Positions 53,821-64,000 of a DNA stretch of 64,000 nucleotides are shown here, one piece after another. The notes beneath the pieces were generated by a model. The model searched no databases and had not been told where the DNA came from. It saw only the letters and a program-made list of their open reading frames with translations. Source of the DNA: Nitrospinales bacterium (GTDB taxonomy: Bacteria; Nitrospinota; Nitrospinia; Nitrospinales; VA-1); NCBI GenBank assembly GCA_965262115.1, contig OZ253496.1:1-64000 (forward strand). The letters run 5' to 3'. Numbering within the stretch: position 1 is the first letter of the stretch; every line of letters begins with the position of its first letter. Both the position numbers and the translations under genes were made by a program.

Positions 53821-54642
53821 GACTGCTATTAGCTCCAAAAAGATTATCTATATCTGTTAGAGTTGGTCAATCCATAACAACTTGAGTCCCAAACTTCAAA
53901 TGCTTCAAGGCATCATCCACACGTAATCTGTTTTCCTGTTTTCTATGCAGAAAAATGGTATTGGAATGGGTCTTTGTTGATGATGCAATTAAGCTAGCTT
54001 ACATGCTATTTTATAATCAGAAATGCGAAGAGATGCTTCTCCAAAACATGCCTCAATCAAGCTATAATCAAAAGCAAGCAACTGTATAGAAATATGTATG
54101 TGCATACTTAGTTCTGGAATTTTCCTGTGCATTGATTTCCAAGGTCTTTGAGAAGGAGGCCATAGCTGAAACATGGCGTACTCTAATAATACAGAACAAC
54201 ATGGTATGGCATGTGATGACTTGTATAGTGTTTTACAAAAAGAAATAAGTTAGATAAAGTGTCTAATAGGAGTGGTTCATCACTGCTGTTTGATTTAGTT
54301 GTGCAGTTCTCCTCTGCCATTGTTTGAAAGATTCTTTAAAACATAGAACACAAAACAACAAACAACAACAGTAAAAACAACAAAAATAAATAACAACAAT
54401 AAACGAAACCAATGAACAACAAAAATAACAAAATAAAAAACAAGAATAAACCACAACAACAATATCAAATAGTTGGGTTTTTTTCATTTAAAAACTATAT
54501 TAGATTGAGTGAGGAAACAAGATTGTACCCATGTAGACCACAACAGGTGAGACGACACTTTACCATTTAAAATCATATACACAAATCATTTATCTGTATA
54601 ATTATTTGGTATATCAGTAAAGGACATCTAGCAGTCTACATG

Positions 54643-55192
54643 CAGGGCTGGCGGAAGCGGTACAGCAGATCTGGCCAAAACAGGACCACGCATGAATCAA
54701 TAGTCGTCATTAAATAAGTAAATACAAATTGGTAAAAGTTGGTTTACTACTTTAATTGCTTAGTATATGCATAAGTATTATATAGTTTACCAAGCAGTGT
54801 ATATCTATCTCTGTGCTGAAGCTGGCAACGTCGAGTGAATTATCCTTGTTCAATCTCATAACTTAAGCACAGTCTCTCCCCAAGTAGGAAATTCTTCTCT
54901 TTCTTCATCGCTCAGTTTGCCGTCTGATAGCCTGAAATCATCGTCTCCTCGTTTCACTAATGGTAAACATTGATGTCATGTCGACAAAATCCAGCTCTTG
55001 TTACACCATATTACAGACCAGGGATTTCCTCAACTGCTAGAGCTATATTTTGGGTGTGCACTGATACTAAAGTTCAGTAATGGCCCAAGATGCAGCAAAA
55101 GAAATTTCAAGAGGACAGCTTCAAATGCCTCCAGAGACATCCACAAAGATCACTTTCACTTTGGCCGGACCACTTTTGTTTCCTCCGGGCCT
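54643..55192 (-). mobile_element. Probable hAT-derived non-autonomous element nested in a fold-back repeat
   Basis: Imperfect TIRs cagggctggcggaagc / gtttcctccgggcct. The internal minus-strand peptide QELDFVDMTSMFTISETRRR resembles a hAT C-terminus. Confidence 0.4.
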
Positions 55193-57502
55193 AATATATG
55201 GCAGTTGGATTGCGATTTACTTCTTCATTTATGCAATATTGGTGAAAAATTGAAACCAGCATTGTAAACAACTTTGTTAAATTATGTCGATCTTGATCAT
55301 TACCATAGTCATATCATAGTCATATTATGTGGTAGTTTATATCACAATACCTAAAATATACAAGAACAAAAACTGGATTGACCTGTTAAAAATGGAAGGA
55401 ACACCCATGTAGAACATACCAGGATGATGCTTTACTATTCAAAAGCATATATATATACCCAAATGTTTTTTTAAAAGCCGTACAATATTGGTGTACATGG
55501 TGGTTGTGGTCTACACGGTACAGTCTTATTTTCTTTCTTTGGCAATCTAATATATTTTTGTTTTTAAACCTTTTATTTCATTATTACTATTTTGTTTTTC
55601 ATTTTTTCGTGTATTGTAATTGAATGTAGATGAGTAGAGCTGCAAGATTTCCAGAGCTTTTAAACACTTTTTCTAACTTGTTGTACACTACATTTAACAC
55701 AACTGCATGCATGTCTGGTTGCTATTGTTGACTGTACCCATGATGACCATGTGGCCACCAAACCTTTAGCACAAACAATAATTGTTGCTATTGTTGACTG
55801 AATGTACACCACATTGTCAACCACACAAATATCAGAACGTATTATATTTTGTTTGACTATACCCATGTTGGGTCAGCTACAGCCTGGTAACCATTTCACA
55901 ATTGAACTCCATCAAACAAACAGCCAATGTTTTGTTAGAGGATCAGCTACACCCTCTTTTGGACTGGGTAACAGTTTTCAAGAGCAAGAACTCAAGAACC
56001 AAACAGCAGAACTGAGCAAAAAAATTCAGGAGCAATCATTACCCACAAAACTGCACATGAGCTAGCTTGATTGCATCATTGACAAGAAACCATACCCATA
56101 CCTCATTTCTGATGTCGCAAAACAAATTAGTCACCATAATTATACCACAATAGTTAATGATCCTTTACCATTTATACTAATATATGCCAAACATTGGAAC
56201 TTTTAGTACTAAGGTTTTTATGAATTGATGTATTGTAGACAGTGTATTTGTGGGTAAAAAAAAGAGAAATATATATGAATTTTTAATTTTTTTCTTCACT
56301 TTTACAACTTTTTCCCCCACTGCCAGTTTAATACCTTAGCAAAGGATTCAAAGCACATTTGGAGTCTTTTTGGAGCTGAAACCATAAGTAGCTAAGAAGC
56401 TGCCATGTTAATTTGGCTGAGATGTGAGCTGTGGTTTTGGGGAATTTTTGCCATTCATCAGGGAGTCAATCCAATATGGGAGGAGTAGCATACTAGATAG
56501 CAAGATCCGGTGAATGTCAAAGTTTTTTTTTTTTAACTCTTTCTACATTTTATTCACTGCCAGTTTACTCATAGCAAATGATTCAAGGCATCCTTGGATT
56601 ATTTTTAGTGCTAATGTCAGCTGAAAGCACCACAGATGGCTGAAGGAAGCGCTAGAGAGGGTGGACCTGGACCTCCCAATAGTTCCAGGATTTTATTTGG
56701 TTACTGTGAAAAAAATGAATTTTATTCTGACCTGAGGGGACAGGTGATGGCTGAGGATTGCAATTGCCATCATAAATGGTCTCTTCCTAGCCTTTGCTGG
56801 TGTTTATGGAAGCCATTCTTTGGAGAAAAGCTGCACAGGACCTATGCTTACCTGGAATTACTCTGAATTCCTTCTATCTTGAGAAAGGTGGTGATCTTAG
56901 ATCGATTTCTTTGCTGTTTTGTCGCTGTTTTGTTGTAGACGTAGAGTAAAGTAGTGATGTGTAGCCCTTTGTTTGCCTACTTCAATGGAGAAGATTCTTT
57001 GACCAAACTGCAGGTTTCTGCATTTGTGTTTGAATAATAGTTTAAAAATGTATTCCCGAATAGAGTAATAGATGTGAATATAATCAGTTTGCTTTGTGAA
57101 TGCAAAGCAAACCATTCATCATAATAGGATCTAGCTGAGCTCGAGACATACAATTATACAACCATCTCCAAATACAACACCCCAGCTTTACCACCAAAGA
57201 ATCATGTTTCACAACTGCATGCAAATTTATCCCTCCCCCTTCAATATATCATCCATTCCACTGGCTCTGGTTTAGGCAGCTAAGAAGCTGCCATATGGGT
57301 TTCTAAGATATGCATTTTGTTTTTCCATGCTCCATTTTAAAATAGGGGTCATCCAATATAATAAGAACAAATGCACTTCCTGATGGTTGCTAAGAGATTT
57401 TTGATTCCTTCTGTGATATCTGGGTCATATGTAGCCAGCAATTAGGCAGAAAAGGCAGTTACCTGATCTGGAATTAATTTTTTATTTTTATATATCACAT
57501 AG

Positions 57503-57814
57503 TCATCCATTTGCTGCTCCAATTGAGCCACTATCTGACAGAACTGGAAATGGAGATGGTATCTTTCTTCCAAGGATTCCACTGTTTTCTAGTGGTTTTC
57601 CCTGTTGAAGTGACTGCCATTTCCAGTTGATCTCATCTTCACTGCCAGGGAAGATAAATCTCACTAGCCAGACACTATAACAATTCACAGCATAGTGAAT
57701 CGGTAAATGATCTGGCTCCACAAGACCAGCCCCCCATGCTCTGGCTGCTTTACTGTAGCTGATTTCAGTAACATCTGTACAATCCAACAGACAGAGAGTT
57801 ATCTTGTATACCAT
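57503..57814 (-). other. Unassigned non-repetitive ORF or possible exon remnant
   Basis: 103-aa ATG-initiated ORF of ordinary complexity with a possible acceptor tgtacag| near 57775. I recognised no family and found no convincing partner exons. Confidence 0.25.
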
Positions 57815-60800
57815 AAACTCTGGTTGTTAGCATCCTGCTTCTAACTCCAACCTATAAGCAAGCATGAGCTTAACTGAAAATAAGTTCGTACTAACCTCCA
57901 TTGCTAAGTAATGCACTATTACTGAAAATTTAGATGCTTCTTTTAGATTACTGATGTAGAACAAAGGAGCTAGTCTCGCAAAGCAGTTGAAGAATGAACA
58001 AATTTCTCAAGTAAGACCTGGTCTTTTGAGCAAGGTTACGAAGGAGTGCGTCTCTAGAGGTGAAACTTTGGTAATGACATATTTCATTAATTAATAAGGA
58101 GCTAGCAATGGCCTCTCAAAGTATTACTTAGCAATTGACATTAGTCCTCAAAGTTTATTATCTATAGAATTATTTGGAGATCCTTAGTGGTAAAAAGCTT
58201 CTTTTAGTGAAGATGAGAACAATTATTGCGACAGATAGGCTCACTGTTGGCATCCTTCATGGGCACTGATGTACAATCATTGGTAGGTTGGAAAGTGTTT
58301 TAGAACTTCATAGCCATGAAGATGAGTTACATGTGCTTCAAGAAGACTGGGAAAAGGTGAGAAACAGGAAGCCTGTCATGAAACTATGGACAATTGTAGC
58401 CATGGTTATACTAGTCCAGTTTTTCATCAGTGTTTTGTAAAATACATTGCCTTGACAGTAAATCTTATCATCACATGTGCAAAACTGATATCTTATTCAA
58501 TGACATAAAGACCAGTGCTTCACACCAAGATACCTTAATGATGCCTAACAAATATTGTTTGTAACAACAAAAAGATTGGTGCTTAAAAAAGCAACAGGAT
58601 TGGTGCTTAGCATCAATGTAAACTGTGTTTTTATACTGCCATTTAGAAATAAGAGTGCTTCCCACAGCTTTAAGATAAATTCACGTTTTAATGTTGTTTT
58701 ATTTTTGGCTGCTGGTTTAAAAGGATTCAAGGCATGCTGGTGGTATATTAAAATCACAGAAACTTCTTTGACCCTCTTAACACGGAGGATGCTATGTCCA
58801 ACAAAAATTCCTCTTGTATGGGGTGGACATATGGGGTGGACATATTGTTGAGTGGACATATATATGTCCATGAAGTACTTGCATAATTCTCCGTACAAAA
58901 ATAGTTCCTTCTTTGGTCATAACCTCGACCAGTGCAGCTGTTATAACTACAGTTGTCATTTGTAGCAATAGCTTTCCCACACAGTACTCAAGCGCTCTAT
59001 AAAAAGGTATATATATATATATAATATATATGTACAAGTAAGCTATGTCGCTAGTCCAAGTTGTGGCTAGTAGGAAATAGTTGAAATCAGGTAAGTTTTC
59101 ATCTGTGGACATTTTTCTTTGGATCAAGCCTAGACCAGTCCATCTACTAGAAAACGACTCTGTTCTGAAACTATAGTTTTTTCATGCACTTGATCACTCT
59201 ATTTATACAAGTAAATTCCATAGCTAGCCTATGCTGTGGCTCTGTAGGAACTTGTTAGCTAATGAAGTAAGCTATAATCTGTAGACTTCCTTCTTTGGAC
59301 CAAGCCTAGATCAATGCAGTATAAAGAGCTACAGCTATGGGTCATAGCTATAGGCTTAACACAGGCATTCAAGTGCTGTATTGAAATAGGGTATTCGTAC
59401 ACAGTATTGAAATATGTAGCATGGCAAGTGACCAAGATATATCAAAGCCTGATAAGGGTAGCTGTCTAGCGTTAATTACTACATAGTCTACTAGATCACT
59501 TACCACATGCATAGATAAATAGCTCAATAATACTCTTGATATAGCTAAAGCTTCACAATTACCCATAGTGAAAGCTTTAGCTAATCAGTGGCATAGGAAG
59601 ACGATTTTCCTTAAGGGCCCCCCCCAAGAAAATCAGGGGGAAAAGAACTTGCTCACATGAGGGTCAAAGTTGAAACAGAACTTACCACAATTGCCACATC
59701 ATGTGGAATAGCTACTGTGGCTATACCACTACCTGTTGGTTCTGTTGCTGATCTATTAATGTGTTTGATTTACTGCTGTTGCCTGAGGACTGTTGTTGAT
59801 GAATTGTTGTTTTTGATGATTGATTTCCTGAAGAAACAACAAATCAACTACAAAACAATATTTTTTTAATCTTAACCCCCAAATATATCAGATACCTTGG
59901 ACAACAAGCTAATACTGCAAGAGCCTTTCACAAACCTGACAAGCCTTGTTACTAGCATAGAGAAGGCCATCACTATCTGCTTTACTTACAATTGTGATTG
60001 GTCCAAATATCAGTTGCCAACAATAAAGTTCCATGACTCCAGGCATCACCAACAGCCTCCTCTGCACACTCTGTTGCTCAAGAAAGTGTCGTTTCCAAGG
60101 TTAGTTGCTCACTTATTTTTGAGATCATCAAAACTGGCAGACGGTCAATGTATTTGATAGTATCTTTCTTAGTTCCCAGGTATATACGGTAACTAAACTT
60201 GTAGACTAAATAGAGTATGAATCGAGCTTTTTACTATTTTTTGCTCATTGATGATCACAAAAAATGTTAAAAATCAGGAAAACCATCAGTTTTTCATCTA
60301 GAATTTCCTCCTTGGGGGGGGGGGGGGGGGGGGGGGAAGGAGAAGCTTGATCATATGAATTGTTTTCACAGCCTATGAATGTTATAATTTAGAGGTGGAA
60401 GCTGATACATTTCAGGGGTTAATAGAGTATTTTTAGCTAGGCAGAGACGTCTGGCTTGGTTGCTAAATTGGGACATAGGCGAAGCTTAGGGCGCTGTGAG
60501 AGGGGAGTTCCCCCTCCTGTGCAGAAGTGCAAGAGTTTGACATTTGATGTTAGTCTAGAAAAGCTCTCCGTCACTCTAACACTACTGTCATGTGGCTGTC
60601 AAAGCTGGAGTGCTTAGTGGAAAGGAAGAAATGTCCCCAGATATTACACACCTCACTATTTATTATTGAACTATCAACAGGAATTTTAGATATAACATCA
60701 GCGCAATAATCCTTTATTTAAGCTGTTAAAAGTTTTTATTATCTCATCAGCTGAGAGTTGTCCTTTTTGTTGCAGGTTGATCTATTGCCTTCCCTCCAAT

Positions 60801-61283
60801 GAACATTACCACACCCAGTCTGAGGCACAATCAAATCACTGTGAAGTCCATGTATCCATATATACTTGTGATCCTGAGACATACATGCCATGTATGGCAT
60901 GGACCAATTGGATTTGTTATTAGCGAGTGATGCTGTTCAACACAACCACTCTGCAGCTGGTTAATCTTAATGACCAACTACAGACTAATTGCCTAGAATT
61001 CTGCAGGTTCCACCATCAGCAACATCAATTTCTTCACAACTACTAGAAACCTATATGTGTATGTGTGTGGTGTGTATGTACATGATTCTTTGGTTCTTTG
61101 TCTTTATGTTTAGCTGTGACTTAGCAGCTCAATGAGTCTGTATGTTGGTAGGTTGGATGGCCAGTTGGTGGTTTGGTCTGTAAAAATTTTGGAATGAGAA
61201 CATAGGACATTTAAAGAATGAGTGTCCTTGGATTTGAACAAAAAATTCCCTTTTTTCACTTTTGAGAAAAGGAAGGAAAAAAA

Positions 61284-61357
61284 TAATCATATGAGTGAAT
61301 AGAACTCAAGAACTTTGTGTTATTGTCTCAACGCTCTACCAACTGAGCCAACAGGCC
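61284..61357 (-). pseudogene. tRNA-derived pseudogene or SINE head (Ile-AAT-like)
   Basis: GGCCTGTTGGCTCAGTTGGTAGAGCG (A box and D arm), ..CAATAA.. anticodon loop and degenerate GAGTTCTA B box. The acceptor stem does not pair. Confidence 0.6.
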
Positions 61358-63190
61358 TACCAGCTTTTAAATTTCATTAATTATTCTGGACAAGATATAG
61401 TTTATGCTCACAAGTTATGTGATCCCAGCTATAACAAATTTGTGCTTGCTTATGTATATTAGTGCATACACATGTTGGAGAAAGGTCAAGTTTTGAGAGG
61501 AATGTAGTAGCAGTTGTTCATCGGTTCTTAAAACATAAATGTCACATCTACCGCTGCAAACTCAGACTTTGTACACAAATAAAATTATAAAATACTAGCA
61601 GAAGAACCTGCACCTCGTTAGGAGATATTGAAAATTGGGCATGGCACACTACCATCAATGTAGATTGCCCTGAAAATTTGTATTGGTGGTGTTGTACAAG
61701 TTGTAGCAATTGATATGCACTTATACATCGTTGATAATCATGTAAGTTTATTGTGGTTTTGCTTTGTTGGACTAAGGTTGGACTAGTAGCTGTCTAATAA
61801 GCAAGCTGTTTTAGTAATGAGTGTTGGTAGTCAATATTTGGTAGTCAGAATGCATGGCCAAATAAAATGGCCGACATTCCCAACTGCCACTTTTAGGTGA
61901 TGGTGGCTTCTTGTGACTTCGAAGGCCAATGACACCTAGTCTACATCCATCTTATGTGTTGAGCTGACTACCATGAATTTTTTAGGAAAGTCTAGACCTG
62001 GTGACAATGCACTCTGAAATTTCTCCTTAAAATTACAGATGCCTAAACTTCCAGTTGTTGTGGGAGCAATAAAAAAATTAATGGCTGACGATCACAACTG
62101 CCATCATAGACCGTCTTTTCCTGAATATCTTTACTCTTGAGAAAGAAAGTGCTCCTGGATGGATTTCTTTGCAGTAAATTTTGTTCTAGACCAGGTGCTA
62201 TATTGAAAATTCTGTTTGCTTATCTCAATGAAGCTTTTTCTTGGTACCAAACTGTATTTGTATTTTAATGATATGAGCATATTGAAAAGTTTATCCTCGA
62301 AAAAAATTATAGCTATAAATATTATAGTTGTAAATCAAAACAAAAATTAAGTTGTGGTTAAACAGTTAATGGATTTACATGTACACCAGTGATGCTGTTC
62401 AGGGTTCTCCTGCTCTTTCTCCATTTATTTTCTAGGCATTATTTTTGCTGGATTTATATCACCATGTTACTTCTCTGGGAGTTCCTGCTCACCCTCTTTT
62501 TCTACAACAGTGTAAACAATGTTGTTGTTTTGCTCTCAGGCTTCTCTTGTTTCTCCAGCTAATGTGAATAGCATATCATTGGTACATGCACAGTGAGTCT
62601 TTGTTGTTCTACAAATGTCTCTAATACTATGCTAGGGAAAGTATGTTACTTCTCAAGGAGTCCACTATCACTCCTTTTTTAAATGGCAGACAACAACCTC
62701 CCATCCCCCCCAAAAGAACAACAAACAAACAACAATATTAACATTTCATAGTTCATAGGTCTGTGGCTTGCACTTCTGTCCACTAGAGTGATATAGCAGA
62801 AGATGGACCTTCCCATACTGCAGAACCATCAATGATGCAGCATACAAACCAAGGGTGGGTGAGTATGCAGAGACACATTCTAACTGGGAGGTAGGGAGAT
62901 ACACTGAAGACAGATAAGTACCTGATCTAACAAACCACTTAGAACCTGCTTACTTCTTATGGAACATGCCCTTCAATCCATTCACTAATTACAGGCACCA
63001 CATGGTGCTCGGCTTCTAAAAAAAATCTTAAAAATCCACCTGTTTCCACTTTAGAAATAAAACACTGGAAACAAGGTAAAAAAATGCACGATTCTATTGA
63101 CGATCTTTGGTAAAGAATTTCAAAAAATATAAGGAAGAACCAACCCAGTCATGCTATACTTACTCCTCCCAAGGCAGATCAGCTGAATAA

Positions 63191-63358
63191 CAGTATCTTG
63201 ACCACCTGAATGGAAACCTGGGCCACAGTTCTTGTCAGAAGAAGAACTGTGCAACTCATACAGAGAGAAACTGGCATGAGAGGTGTATCATTTGCTCTTA
63301 CTGCAAAGTGCACCTTTGTGTGCTGGAGGAGAGGATCGTTTTTGAATATTTTACAACC
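63191..63358 (+). pseudogene. piggyBac transposase C-terminal Cys-rich domain remnant
   Basis: HLNGNLGH..CQKKNCATH..RNWHERCIICSYCKVHLCVLEER.VFEYFT fits the C-x2-C-x-V-x-LC...F-x-x-Y/F pattern of PGBD-type tails. Confidence 0.65.
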
Positions 63359-64000
63359 TTATTCATTGGAAAAGCGACTGACCTCCAGAAAATTTTGAAC
63401 TTTAGTTTTGTTGCATCTGGTTGTTTAGTGTGTCTTATTACATGTCATATGTTTTTCTCTGTCCTCTCTGCATGCAATATGTATTGTGTAGTGTGACATT
63501 TTTTACTAGTCACACATCCATATTGTGACAATAGTAACACCAATATATTATTACAGCTTCTTAAATAGTGATTTCAGCCACTATTAGGCTTCCAGCGTGC
63601 CTTGAATCATTGACTCCAAATGTTACAATGCATGTCGGAAAGGATTATTTAGCCAGGCTTCTATCTAGACTTTTCAATTAGGGGAGGGATTTGTTTTAGT
63701 GAGTGGGCAACTGTCAGAAGCAAAGCAAACATATTTGCTGTAAATTACATGTGGGGAATCACCCTCTACTTTTTGTAGGAAATGGGGTCATTTCATATTT
63801 ATGGGCATCCCTAAGTTTCATACTGATCTGGTGTGTGAGGTCCTGCTGCAATTAAATATTAATCATGGAGCAGGACACCTATCTAGTTGGTAGCTACAAA
63901 TGACTGACATGATTGGTATATCCCATATTTGCAATATATGTCTTGAGATCATAGGTCACCATGGAAATGAACCACTCCACATCAACATGATCATACCACA

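Noticed and set aside
61284..61357. Functional tRNA-Ile
   Set aside because: The acceptor and T stems do not pair, so it is kept only as a pseudogene.

Overview
Repeat-rich eukaryotic genomic DNA, probably animal; the repeat families and gene style suggest a sponge, which is inference only. Most long ORFs in the track are artefacts of stop-free tandem repeats. The main gene is on the minus strand and the ORF track largely misses it. I traced 13 phase-compatible GT-AG exons from an ATG at 40722 off the left edge of the window. They encode a signal peptide, a furin-type RQKR site, a Cys-rich region and fibronectin type III-like repeats, so the product is probably a cell-surface receptor. Its introns hold many unrelated minisatellites, TTAA-associated fold-back MITEs and two Helentron/HINE-like elements. 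At least three arrays appear to have arisen inside mobile elements. From 41 to 64 kb the window holds decayed elements: two hAT transposases, a CRE-like and a second non-LTR retrotransposon, a piggyBac Cys-rich tail, an Ig-like pseudo-exon and a pseudo-tRNA. The most unusual signal is a roughly 90-aa insertion with a Tudor-like aromatic pattern inside the reverse transcriptase palm, between the QGD and FADD motifs, at about 50.6-50.9 kb.
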